Part shown: piece by piece, positions 50,290 through 63,300 of the stretch
How positions within the stretch are numbered: the first letter of the stretch is position 1
How the letters are laid out: each line of letters opens with the position of its first letter
Origin: Paragordius varius
Lineage: Eukaryota; Animalia; Nematomorpha
Length of the DNA stretch: 64,000 nt
NCBI GenBank assembly: GCA_964247055.1
Contig: OZ176051.1
Span: 1,116,001-1,180,000 of the forward strand
Direction: 5' to 3'
The notes under the pieces: model-generated
Databases searched by the model: none
What the model was told of the DNA's origin: nothing
Seen by the model: only the letters and a program-made list of their open reading frames with translations
Position numbers and translations under genes: made by a program

Positions 50290-52800
50290 ATATCCGTAAA
50301 CTATTTCGCCATAGAACCCTGTATCTCGCGTTTAGGTTCAGTTTTGCCATGTCCTTCTTAACTGTATCTATCTATCGCGTTTTAGGGCGCCCTTTCCTCT
50401 TGCCTTTCCCAATATAATCATCAATCTTTTTACCAATGTAATTATTATCTCTTCTTTCAACATGTCCAAACCATCTTAAACGATTTACCATGATCTTTTG
50501 CGTTACCAGTTTAATTTCCGTACTTCCCCTTATGTAGACATTCCTCACCTTGTCATTCCTCGTTACACCGCACATCAATCTAAGCATTCTCATTTCAGTA
50601 ACTTCAAAGTAGCTCTCTCCTGATTTCTTTATTGCCCATGCGGCTATACAACAGCACTTTAAATCTTACCCTTTACTCTTAGGTCGATATTTTTATTGCA
50701 CAAAACATTTGAGATCTTTTTATAATTTGCCCAACTATTTCGAATTCTTAGATAAATATCCTGCATTAAAGAACCATCTGCTGCTAAAATAGCTCCTAAA
50801 TATTTGCATTCCTCCTGACCTTTTAATACCCACCCTTCTTCGGAATCCATTTCTCTTTTTTTCCCACTAAAACTTATAAGTTCCGATTTCGTTTTATTAA
50901 CTTTTAATCCGCATCGTCGTAACACATCAATCCATTTACCCACCAATTCTTTCAAGTCATGCAACTCGTCGGACAGCACTATTAGTCTGCATAAAGAAAA
51001 TACCAGTTACCATGTTGCCCTACTTCTTTTGAAATTTTACCCATGCATATTATAAATAGTAACGGGCTGATTGCTGACCCCTGATAGACCCCTTGGCTTA
51101 TTTCGATAGGATCCTACTCCCTGGTGTGTTTTTATTTTGGTTTGGTGTGAATCGTACATGCTTTTTATGTAACTTTCAGGAACGTTTTTTCGTCTCAAGC
51201 TCCACCATATGATACTCCGTGGTATTCTGTCAAACGCCTTTTAAATATCAATTAAAATACCATGCGACTCCTTGTTCGTTTCTATATGATTCCCGATTAG
51301 CCTTATTACTGCGTGAATCGGATCAATGGTGGACTTTCCTGTAATAAAACAAAATTGATTACCCTCTATACTAACCATTTTTCTTATTCGTTTCTCTAGT
51401 ACTCTCTCAAATAACTTCATTGTATGCGACATCAATCTTATCCCTCTGTAATTATTACAATCGTTAATATCTCCTTTACCCTTGAAAATGGGAACAGTGA
51501 AACTCTCCTTCCATTCGGTTGGTATCATACCTGTGGTAACTATATTATTAAAAATATCCGTCAAAAATTCAATACCTTTCTCTGACATTATTTTCCAACA
51601 GTTTATGTTAATATCGTATGGACCTGCAGCCTTATGTATAGACATCTCTTCTAAGCTTGGACTTCTTCTTTTGTTATACTTTCAATATGCGCATATATAT
51701 AATCTGGTGTTTCGGGTAAATTTGTTCCACCGACGCCCAATTCAAGGTCCAGGAAATATTTTTTCCACTTTTCAATATTTTCGCTTCCTCAACGAGTAAT
51801 TTGTAGCGGTCGCGTAAGGGGGCGAGTCCAGCTTTCTTCTGTGTCATTGTCGAGCAATTTCAAAAACTTTGTTTAGACCTTGCTTACTGTTTAACTCCTC
51901 ATATAATGATGCAGTTTTTCCTTTTTTGATCAATCTTACAAGCCTTTTAAGTTCCTTATTAATCCATTTATATATTTTCTTGTATTCTGCATGGTAGGTA
52001 AACCTACACATTTTAAAAGCTTTACTTTTCTCTCGCGATTTCAGAATTATTTTTTCGTCTTTCAGCCATGTCTCTCTATAAACCTGATGCCTCCTTTCGT
52101 TCCGCACACCTTAACTCCCGCCTCTCTTATTTTTTTGCCACCTGAGACCAAATACTTTCTGGATCGCTGTTCCTGTCTAGCATGTCTACCGTTTCTGCAA
52201 ATCTTTCTTTACTGTTTCTTAAGGAATCACATTTAATTACCTTCGGCGCTATAAACTTAGGCTTTTTAGCATTTATTGGTATATCTGTCATATATTTACA
52301 CATAATTAAATTATGTTGTGTGCTAATCTGCAGGTTAGGTATGATTTTGCAGTCTACAACAAACTTTAAATACTTTCGTGGTACCAGAATATAATCGATT
52401 TGTGACTTCTTATTTCCACTTTCGTAGGTAATAAAATGGCTACCCCTTTTAGTAAAAAAGGTATTCGTTATAGCAAAGTTATAAGATGGAGCGAATCTTA
52501 ATAAACTAGCCCCTTCTTCATTACCCCGTAGCCTTTTCCGCCATGCCAAGGCTCAAAACGTCTCCTATTTTGTCCCACGTGCCCATTGAAATCATCACAA
52601 AATATGATTTCCCTGTCTTTCGTTAATGAAGTCATTTCTTCTAACAAATCATAAAATTTATCTTTCTCCGGTTTAGTTAACCCTATCTGGGGGACATAAA
52701 CGCTAAAGATAGTAAAAACCCTCCTATTTAACAATAGGTCGACACTTATAATTCTACTGTCAGCAAGCCTAACCTCAATAAACACATATGATATGATTTA
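50290..52800 (-). mobile_element. Near full-length, frameshifted RTE-clade LINE (APE endonuclease plus RT)
   Basis: Endonuclease: FSVYVPQIG, DDFNGHVG, ITNTFFTK, SQIDYILV. RT: KAAGPYDI, NYRGIRLMSHTMKLFERV, KYLGAIL, RLRWFGHVERR, KRKGRPKTR. Confidence 0.9.
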
Positions 52801-52829
52801 ACCAAAAACTAGTGTTATACTTTTAGCAT

Positions 52830-53700
52830 TTATAATCATGTCAATTTTGTGCCTGAAATAAATACCATTTGAGGCGCGCCTTGTCATCAGTAGAACAAAG
52901 CTTTTATCGTTGCAAAAACATATGTGAACATGCACTGTGGATCAACAAATGCAACATTTTCGAATATCAAAAGTTATGATTTCATATAAAAGAGTGGGGG
53001 TGAGATCTGGTAAAAGGCACAACTTCAAAGACGATCAATTGCATGAGTTATTGGATGATAACTCAACTCAAAAAACAATTGGCAGATGCTTACATTACAA
53101 AAAACAATGAATACATGTCTACTAACAATAGTTGAGCTCAATAAATTGTGGATTTTTACGCAATTCGAATGAACGTGAATTGGAAATTGCTAGGACTTGT
53201 AAAATCCTGCTTCAACGTCTTTTGGGTCGAATAAACGGAGGAGAAGTGGTTTTATTTAGTTTATTCAAAACGGAAAAAAACTATGATTTTACCTTACCAA
53301 GCCGGTCCATCAATGTCAAATCGCTTCGGCAAGAAAACCATGCTGTGTCTAATGGGTGGGGCCATAGCGAGAACTTTTTAAGTCCCGTGAAATAGTTAAT
53401 TTATAACTAATACTTAAATAAAACCATGCATTAATCAAAAAACATTAGGAATAAGCGAACATGACAAAGTAATTACATGACATTGCTTGGTCTCACACAA
53501 CAAAACCAGTCAACAAAATCGCTTCGATAGAATTTTTTTCCGCACCCACTGACTATCCTGACACCTGGTGCCATCTGATTTATATAAATTTATCAGTGGG
53601 GCAAACTCTGGCAGAGCAGCGCTTTAATTATTTAGACGTTGAATAGCTTAACAAATTGTTTTCCACATCATTTATAAGGTTTTAATTTAATAATAACCTC
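52830..53700 (+). mobile_element. Decayed Mos1-like mariner with internal deletions
   Basis: Shares ttattggatgataactcaactcaa, aatcgcttcggcaagaaaaccat, ctggtgccatctga and gcagagcagcgctt with the 31.7-32.8 kb copy. Confidence 0.75.
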
Positions 53701-54023
53701 AAAGCGTTATTTTTTTTAAAAAATCATGCCATAAATACTTTAAGTGTTTTACCGTTATCGCCATCTCCAATTATAATATTGCTTACACGCATGTCCAAGA
53801 AATTATAACCGTGTTTCGTCAAAGAAAATAAATTTTGAGGTGTCCGATTTCGTCACTAAACGTAACGTAATCTATCAAATAAAATATCGGCTTTATATAT
53901 GGGTATATATGACAAAAAATGCAAGTAAGAAACCGTTTTGGATAACCGAATTTTAAAATTAATTTTAACGATTGAATTGTAATACACACAATTTAAAGTC
54001 TATTTTTTTCTTTTTTATTAAAG

Positions 54024-54192
54024 CAGGGGTGTTCAACACACATGTCTTCGAGGACTGCTTTAATAATTGTTGTTTTATTTATTTTGAGCATTTATCATGA
54101 TATATCCTCTAAATAATGATATTTTTTTTATAATTTTTTAACATTTTTTAGACCACTTTTGCGAACTGAACAAAGCGTTTTGGACAACCCTG
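54024..54192. mobile_element. Small hAT-type MITE
   Basis: Ends CAGGGGTGTTCAAC and TTTGGACAACCCTG resemble the TIR of the 22594 element. No intact target duplication. Confidence 0.6.
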
Positions 54193-54298
54193 GGTAAGGA
54201 CTTAAATTGTATCAATTGAGCTTTAACACTCGCCTTCTAAAGGTTAACAGTGATCATGGAAAATTTCACTGTTCAGAGGTTCGAACTCTGCCATCCAC
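54191..54298 (+). other. tRNA-like cloverleaf (possible SINE head or tRNA pseudogene)
   Basis: 8-bp arm AACAGTGA/TCACTGTT, 5-bp arm CAGAG-GTTCGAA-CTCTG, a TTCTAAA loop on a weak stem, and a bulged acceptor-like stem. Confidence 0.3.
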
Positions 54299-55252
54299 GC
54301 ATACTATGTAAGAATCCTGCACCTATTTACTATATCTATCAAGCCGTCACTTTGATATAATACCATTAAATTGATAAATTGCCAATATTTATTAAAGCAG
54401 CACATTTAGGCTTTAATTTGAAGTGTTTCTTTTTATAAATAGCGATGCATGATGGGGCACAACTAGAAGAACATGTAAATATCATTATTTAACCTGACAA
54501 CGACTAATGATGCGCATATAAACAGATTTTTATGGCGCATTTACCAGCGTTGTGGTAGGTCATTACCAGTTACTAAAGGTGTACATCAGCGAAAATTACA
54601 TAACCGATTAATTTGATAGCGAATATTTCATTCATTGCAAATTAAACAACAAATACACACAAGTTAAGTCCGCCAAAAACTAGTGTCCTAATTTATCGTT
54701 ATCAGTATTCAGGTGGAATTTTATGACGGAAAACATTTGCGACACGCATTGATATTGTTATATCAAAAAAGACTGTTGAAAGCAGCAGAAACTTATGGTG
54801 AATAAAACATGTGAGAAATGGTTTGGAAAATTTAGAGTATTGGATTAAATATGACAGAAAGTGACGCTGTGGTAGACGACATAACACAAAAACTAAACGG
54901 TAATTGGCGGAGGCATTACATGTGCCGCAAAAAGTTAGAGGAGTCTACGAGCAATGGAAAGACCAATCTTGGCAAAGGGTCCAACACAATTTGAATGAAC
55001 GTCAAATCTAATATCTCAAAGTAACTTGTGAAATCCCTTCAATTTTATAAAAGGATATCATTTTGTCGAATCGGGACGGATGATGAAAAGAAACTTTAAA
55101 TATAAAGCGAAAAAATGTAGCTTTCACCTTGTTGAGCCGCGCTATCAGCAACTAGGCAATGCTCTGTGCTTGGTATATTGGAGCTTTTAGAGCCACAAAC
55201 CATTAATAGTCAACGCTATTGCCAACAAATACTTAATTAAAGCTATTTATTA

Positions 55253-58200
55253 CAGTCATGCATCCTCTATTTTATCAAAAATTTATTTTTTTGTTAAATG
55301 GGTATAAATACTTGTCAAAGAATGAAAAAAAGAGCTCTATGGTATTAACAATATCATATTCATAAAAAAGTAAAAGAAGTGTGGGGAAAGTGCGTCGAAA
55401 ATCTTATATGGTATGTATTCACCTTTATACGCTATTGTTATTTGTTTCTCTCTTCTGCTTGTTCGATTTTGATTTTGAGAAAATCTAGGTGTTCTTGAAT
55501 AGTGGTTTGCCAGGTTTTATAGGTCTACCTTTTTTGTTTTTATTATTAGTTGAATAAGACTGTATAAGCTTTTTCCAGTTTGTGTCTTGAGCTCTGGGTT
55601 GTGACCGGTCCAACGCAAACGGTATTTACGGATAGCTGTATTAATTGGTTTAATTTTTAGAGTTTGATAGGGGCAAAATTTGGCTTGGAAATTGTATATG
55701 TTAGGGTTATGTGCGAAAAGAATGGCGTTTAGAATTTTTTGCTCACCCTTTTGCAGTGATAGTAGATTTGATTTAGTCATAGGCCATGTTTCCGTACCAT
55801 ATATTATAGCAGGACGTATAGCCGTGATAAATTTTTTTGCCTTTGAACTGAGTAAAACATACTTATTATTAACTAGTGTGCGCAGACTATGATACTTTTT
55901 CAAGCCGGCTTTGATTCTATGCCATAAGGCCAATTCTATACCACCACCAGCATTTAAAATATCACCTAGGTATGTGAATTTGTCTACAAATTCGAATAAA
56001 GTGAAGGACTCGGACGAGGAAATGCTGGTTATTGTGTTTGTTGTATTGCACGGGGAGCAGATAAAGTTTAATTTTTAATTAAATTTTTAAAGTGGAGCAT
56101 TTTTTCACTTTAAACATTTGTTACACTTTATTGAATTTGACGTTACATTCAATGACACGGGGCAGGGCCATTTTATTGTCTTGGTTTAATCGCACATTTT
56201 AGATGTATTCACTTTTAGACCGAATTTACTTAGGGTATCCTTCAAAATTTAATTTTTCTTTTAATTCCGTTGCTGATGTGGCGCATAATATTAAGTCATC
56301 AGCGTGCAGAAGTTCAAAAGGTAAACCCTTTCGGATGTCTTTTGTAATCCCCTCTATAATTAGGATGATTTTGGTGTAGGCCATTTTCAAGTGGGATGGG
56401 GTTCGTATCACCAACGCTTGTACGGATTACAGTTGAGGTGTTCTTATATAGTGCTTCTATTATTTGTATCATATTTTCCTCTATATCTTGCCTTCTGACC
56501 AAGCAATCAGGTGTTGCGGGACTGAGTCAAAGCCTGATCCATGTCTACAAACGCATAGTGGAGAGGAATCGGTGAGCATTTTGTAATTGGCGGATTATAA
56601 ATATTGCATCTATAGTACCCTTGTTTTTTGAAAATCCAAATTGCATCGAATCTATGCTGCAGTGTCGACGGATTCTGTTGGCTATCAGATTTTCACAGAT
56701 TTTAAAACCATGTTCTAAAATGCGTATGGACGAAAGTTGGAAACGTTAAAACGATTTTGCCCTTATAAATTGGGATTAAGCTTTTCAGCCAATCAGTGGG
56801 TATCATATTATTTCTTGGTATGTAATTCGCAAGATTTTTGATATAATTTGCAAATGAATTATGATCTAGTGCTTTAAATACACTATTTACAATTTCCTAT
56901 AAATCTGGGCATTATTTTTTAAATTCTCAAAACAATATTCTATTTCATCATTTGTAAATGGTTGAAATGAAGAATATGTTGGGTGAGGGTTTGTGTTCCA
57001 TAGGTATTTTTGGTTCATTAAAAATATTAAAAAAGTGGTTATACCATGTGGTTTTTATAACTTCGGCTAATCGTATTGGAATTGTTTCGGTTTTTATATT
57101 ATTATCATGTTTAACCCATCTATATGCAGATGGGAAGATATAGCTTTTTAGTTCTCTGCCCTTTTCTTCACCCATTTTGTCCTTGATTCTCTGATGGCTT
57201 TACGGCAATCTTTCTAGTTTGGATATAATTCATTTTGGCCTCGGCACTTTTTCTTTTTTCCATTTTTGGAAAGCAGATTTATCTTTTTCCTAATTATATC
57301 TATCAGGGATATTGCCACCACCATTTAAATGCTTATTTATTATTAGATTTCATTCTGCCGACATTCCTAGTGATTCAATGCAGCTATATTTAAAAAAATT
57401 CCAAAGGTGTTCCGGAGAGGTTGTTTGTAATTTAAGGGAATTTTTCGTGTCGAGTTGCAATCTATTATGGATATTATTAACGACTAATTTTTTATATATA
57501 AATTTAGGTTTCTTTTGTTTTATGGCTGATTGTGTTGATGAAGATTTATATAATTCAGCAATGAGTTTGTGCTGTACTCCTAAAGCGGGATAGATCTAAT
57601 ATTTTTAATATTGGATTTATCCTCTTGATATTATTATATTGAGCGATTCATACCGGATATATAGGTTAATATAAGTTATTATCATTTTTTTTTTCAAAAA
57701 GGTATTAATGATGGATATAGTATTACTTGCGAAATCTTATAATTTACCATTTTCATTAAAGGCAACCATTCCAAAACGTCCATGTACTGAATGTAAAGAT
57801 TCTTTACCAAAGTGTGAGTTTAAGTGACCCCCGATAAATTTGAAATCATTGTGTGGAATAGCAGTGACTTGTTCATATAAAGCCAACCAAAATAAATCCT
57901 TACAGTGTGAATCACAACCGTGCGGAGATACGGATAAAATATGATAGATTTTTGTGTTAAGTTGAATTTTTAATACTAATAATCTTTCAGATGAAATATC
58001 AATCGATAAGATATTAGGTAGATGGCATTTTTGACATAAACTCCGATACCTGATGAACGGCCATTAGATCCAGACCAGAATAATTTATAATTCAGAATGC
58101 TTTAGGAACCAGAGTTCTTCCATCGAGTTTCTTGAATGCAACAAATTTCGATGTTCTTGGATAACAGTAAAGCTGCTATTCCTAGCTCCTTCTGGTTAAA

Positions 58201-58751
58201 AATGTTATATTCGGAGTGGCCATACGAAAGATATAGTATGGAGTGTGGGATTTGAATGCATCCTTATCATTTGTTATAATTTTGAAATAAAAAGAACAGG
58301 CAAATAGCGATAAAATACTGAAATAAATTATGGAGCAACCGTGTTACGTCGCGTATGCCCTTACTTTCCGGCAAATAGAAAATCTGGAGGAAAGTAAATA
58401 AACGTTTTAAAGAAAGATGGTGGGTTTCAGCTCTTAAAGCGAATGTCTTATATGTGTTAAAGTATAATGAAAAATAAACTAACAAATCCACTTAAAATTG
58501 AAAGAGAGTTGGAAAGGATAATAATTTTTTGTAATTTCAAATTCTTTAAACATTAATTTTGGATGGAAGGGTTAGGTGTTATTGGATTTTCATTATAACA
58601 CATTTTTACCATATTCGAGGCACTTCTCCCACACTTCTTTTACTTTTTTGATGAATATGATATTGTTAATACCATAGAGCTTTTTATTTTTCCATTCTTT
58701 AACAAATATTTATACCCATTTAAAATTAATAAAATAAAAGATACATGACTG
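55253..58751. mobile_element. Tc1-like foldback element with ~165-bp TIRs, TA-flanked, carrying a LINE inside
   Basis: TA|CAGTCATG and CATGACTG|TA. Segments 55253-55420 and ~58600-58751 are reverse complements (e.g. GAGCTCTATGGTATTAACAATATCATATTCAT). Confidence 0.85.
55420..58480 (-). mobile_element. Decayed near full-length RTE-clade LINE nested in the foldback element
   Basis: Endonuclease: ICCIQETRWK, GIGV, GGHLNSHFG. RT: ELLHADDLIL, FTYLG, IIYGTETW, RLRWTGH, GRPIK. Confidence 0.85.
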
Positions 58752-59177
58752 TAATCAAAAAAGATCGGAATGGTCAGAAGACATAACAAAGTGTTTGGAC
58801 ACATAAAAATGTTCGGTTGCCCTCAACAACACCAGTGGACGCCTTTAAATTACTTCAATGGGAAACTCTCGCTTTTCAAATTCTGGTACGCCATGTAACT
58901 AAAACCTCTTCGCATCAATGGTACACCCGTTCGCGGAGCATCACTTAAATGATTTCGGAGACGTTGAAAAATGGCTTGACAAGTGGCTTGACAAAAAACA
59001 ATGATGTTGCATGGCATTCATATAATACCGAAAGGTGAATGAAATGTTTATTAACCGATGAATGATATTTTTAATATTAAATAATTGATCTCTTAAAAAT
59101 AGGTCTTTGTTAACCAAAAATCGGTAAAGACGTTTAATTACATCTGGTATTAATCAAATAATATTTATTATTGAAAT

Positions 59178-59181
<4 letters not shown>

Positions 59182-59210
<29 letters not shown>
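59182..59210. repeat. (AT)n microsatellite
   Basis: Directly visible dinucleotide run. Confidence 0.9.
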
Positions 59211-59213
<3 letters not shown>

Positions 59214-60353
59214 TAATATGGATGCTGGTTTTAAAAAATGATCTTTTATATGATACTAGCGTAAGGACTTCTGGGGGGGGAGGGGGGGCTATTTGAAAAA
59301 AGGGACAATAATATGATTCACATTTGTGAATTATTTAGGAACATTATTTAATAGCTATGATCTCATAGGAATTTCAAAACGGTGCATTCATACTAATTTA
59401 TTGATTACTTGGGGGAAAAATAAAATCAAAAAATTATTTTTGTGGAGTTTTTTGAAAAAAATGGCATTTTACGGGGGGAGCGGGTAAAAAGAGGGCCAAA
59501 TTAAAAAAGCGAGAAGAATGTTCGGCACAATCGAAAATAACTAAACAAAAATCATATTTGTTGAATGGTCCAACACGTTCTCCGGAAAATTGTCTCAAAG
59601 ACACGATTTTTGTGGACTTCTTTTTTCAAAAAAACCCATTATTCACACGGGGTGGGCCCGAACTGGGGGCCTATTTCAAAAAAGAGCTAAGCTATTGACG
59701 GGGCATTCATTAATAATTATATTTTTTCGATATTTGGATTTGAATGGGTCTACCGGTTTTCCGGTACCAGATCACAAAGCCAGCATTTTCCATTTTAAAA
59801 ATATATAGATTTTTGGCAAAGGTACACATGACTTCGAAGAATAACAGAAAAAAACCAAATAATTTTCCAGCATAATACTTAATTATTGATGTAAATTAAA
59901 CTGACTAAAAAATATTTTGTCAATATAATGAATAAATTGACGCAACTGATAACGCTACTGTTTATTATATATATATATTTATTCTGTTTTAAACCTAATA
60001 TATTCAGTGTTTAGCATTTATTTACAACTTACAGATATAATCTTTATCGATGAAATTGTATCCTAACCTTAATATCCTTATTTTTTAAAAACTGATGGAA
60101 TAAAAAATACTATTTTTAGTATAGGCCGCGTGAGATCATTTACTATTTATACACATTGTGAAAAATAGTAGCTATTCTAAACAACAGTAAAATTTAGATC
60201 CAAAATTCATTAGGGATTAAAAATAAACTATATATGCGAATTTAAATATTTATTTAAAATAAACAAAAATGGTACAAAATAAATTTATTGCCATTTTGTA
60301 GCATATATCATTTCAAAGGATCTAGAACTTTTCTTTTCTAAAAATATTAAAAA

Positions 60354-63300
60354 TTATGTTTTAACCTTCTTTTTCGGAGCGAAAACGGGTTTATTAGCTT
60401 TCGGGAGTTCGTTCATTCCTTTTGGAACTAATCAAATAAAAATAAATATGAAGTTTTAAATATCATGAAAGTGTATTATACCATTTTTCAATCAAAAGCA
60501 ACATTATTTATAACAAATGTAACATTTTTCAGTCAAAAGCAACATTTTTTATACCAAATGTAACATTTTTTCAAGCAAACGCTTCAAGTAAAGACAGCAT
60601 TTTTTAATGAAAATGAAAAAATGTGGTTATGGTTAAAAAATGCGTTTGGTTAAAAGAATGATGGTTTTGTCTGAAAAATGGTTTACAAAAATATCATAAT
60701 GCATTAAGAAAAAATAAGATAGTGACTATAAATTAATATGTGATTATAAATTAGGATTAAAACTTATCTTTTTAAATTATACTCATTTATTTTCTTAAAA
60801 CTCCATTAGATTTATGATTTAAATATCTTAAAAGTTTTTAGTAAGCCGTCTTTACAAATAGCTTTTTTAGTCTTTTAGGCGCATTATATAATTTTTTTTA
60901 AAAAATGTAAAATTGTAAAAACATCTCAAACTTTTTTACCGCTATTTTTTTATATTTATTTAATCGCTTATCAACAGATAAATGTTGATTATGGTTAGAA
61001 AAGTAAATAATTAACTATAAGCTTTCAGGCTACATTTTACCAACAAAAGAGTGTCCTTAAACACTTCAAGTTGAACAATTCAAGTTGATCCACACTTCAA
61101 GTTTGTCTTTAAAATTTATAAATTTTAATTTAACCATAATTTTTGCATTTATTTTTTTATTTTATTAACCTAATTTTCTTTATTTATTATATATTTATTC
61201 ATTTAAAAATATAAATATTTATTGAATAACCACTTTTTTGTTTCAAACTATTTTTTTTCAATTGACCAAAATTATTGACTTTTAAATGTTTTTAATGAAA
61301 AATTTTAATTAATAACCCAGAAAACTTATATATTTTTTCATTTCGTGTTAAAATCTTATAAATATCTAAAATTATTATAAGAAATTAATAAGGATATAGG
61401 GTTTCTCAAAGATTAAAAGTTGATATCGATTTAAAATTTATGTTAAATAATAAAAAATAGGTTAAAAACAATAAAATAGACGAATTATTTACGATTTAAT
61501 TGATAAAAGTTAAAAACAAAACAAAAAAGTCAAAGGACCAACTTGAAGTCAAGAACCAACTTAAAATGTTCAAGGACCAACTTGAAGTGTTCAAGGACAC
61601 TCTTGAAGTGCAAATGGTATACTAATATCAGCTGTTTGTTTCAATCGTGTTTTGGAGCCCGATAGGCTTTAGGAGTCTCAGAACTGTAAAAATATAAGCT
61701 TTTTATTTAATACATGAGAACAAATGTGTTAAAGTAGATTTAAAATTTTAATAAAATGATTAGCAATTAATACAAATAACAAATTTACGATTCCGTTAAT
61801 TCTTTATTTTATGAATCCGTTAAATTTGAAACTCACGTAGTCGAAAAATTGACATTAAGCGTAATTGGATAAAATAAAATCCGATTTAAGGTCGCAAACT
61901 TTTAAAAACATTGCAGGGAAGATTATTTAATTAAATAAGAAAAAATAAATTGCGGAAAATGAGCGCAAACTACATTTTAAATAATATAAAATTTAAAACC
62001 TACAGTTTATAACCCTAAGGGAATTAATAAAAGCGATGAAAATTTTTAAAAACCACACTGATGTTTATAGTTAAACAAAATAGAGAAAAATGTTTTAATA
62101 GTAATTTACATTCTTAATAAATCACCTAAATATTGAGGAATATGTTTAAGATGTAAAACCGCTTGTCCTTTAATCAATCCACTTTTGCCTTTTGAGGATT
62201 TATGTTTCAAAAGGGATTTATTGATTTCTTTTCCTGGAAAAAATTCCTTCTTCAGTCGTTCATTATTCAATATTTCTGCTTTAATTTCGTTTATTCGGGT
62301 TTCTTTGATCAGAATACGTGTTATTGATTTATAAACGTCATCACAACGATAACTAAAATATTATTTATTATGAAAATACCTAAATAGATGCATCTGTTCT
62401 TTGGGCCAAAGAAATTCTTTTATAACGTGAAAATTATTGACAGATTTGCGCCCAGGATTAAAATGCATTTCACATTTATCTAAACAAACAGTTTCTTCGG
62501 GTTTAACAAATGATATGGCGTTTCCGTGATTGAATGCACGGGCAGTCCTACCCACTCGATGGATATAAGAACGTTTTGTGACAGGGAAATCAAAATTAAC
62601 AACATTGCAAATCTTTTGAAAATCTAAACCTCGACTGGCATGAAACTCGTCTGACTTCGCACTTTTCATGAAACTATCGTCTGCTGCTATCACGTAATCA
62701 AACAGGCCCTGATTAAATTGGGTTAAAACATTAACTCTCGATAAAAGGGGCATTTCCCAATTTAGCAAGCAGCAATTGATGCCAAACAATTCCAAAAAAA
62801 GTTTTAATCTATATTGATAATATTATTTTACTTGTAGCACTTTTCAATGTTGTTAACGTAAAATAGCGTTTTGCCTTTCAACAAACCAAGTTTTAACAAT
62901 ATATAAGCTATTGTAAATTTTTCCTGATCGTTTTCCACTCTATAAACTTGTACATAATATAACATACTTGATAAGATATTGATTCAATTGAGGAATTGAG
63001 GTATCTAATTTATTTTGTATTAACAACTAAAGTAAAAAAATAACTTACGGGGTTATTAATCGTGTTTTGGAGAATTTTGATATTTTTATTTATCGTTGCC
63101 GATAATAAAATTAATTGAGAATTGACGAAGCGTCTAAAATTAACCAATGAATAAACTTTAAAATCAAGAATATATCTTTTTTATATCCGAACGAAAACAA
63201 TAAATCAGCCTCATCAAAAACCACGATATCAAAATGGACATCAAATGGCTTTTTAGCAATATGAGGGGGAGTGGAGATTATTATATTGGCCATTACATTA

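Larger units (their letters stand above)
54640..59135 (+). mobile_element. Decayed Mos1-like mariner split in two (about 54640-55252 and 58752-59135) by a nested insertion
   Basis: The left half ends ...CQQILN..KAI and the right half resumes NQKRSEW, then LFASM-like and VEKWLDKW, colinear with Mos1 across the junction. Confidence 0.75.

Noticed and set aside
59260-59780. G-rich repeated motif (GGGGG.CTATTT.AAAAAAG) as a gene or G-quadruplex element
   Set aside because: No credible ORF or termini; most likely old transposon debris that I cannot classify.
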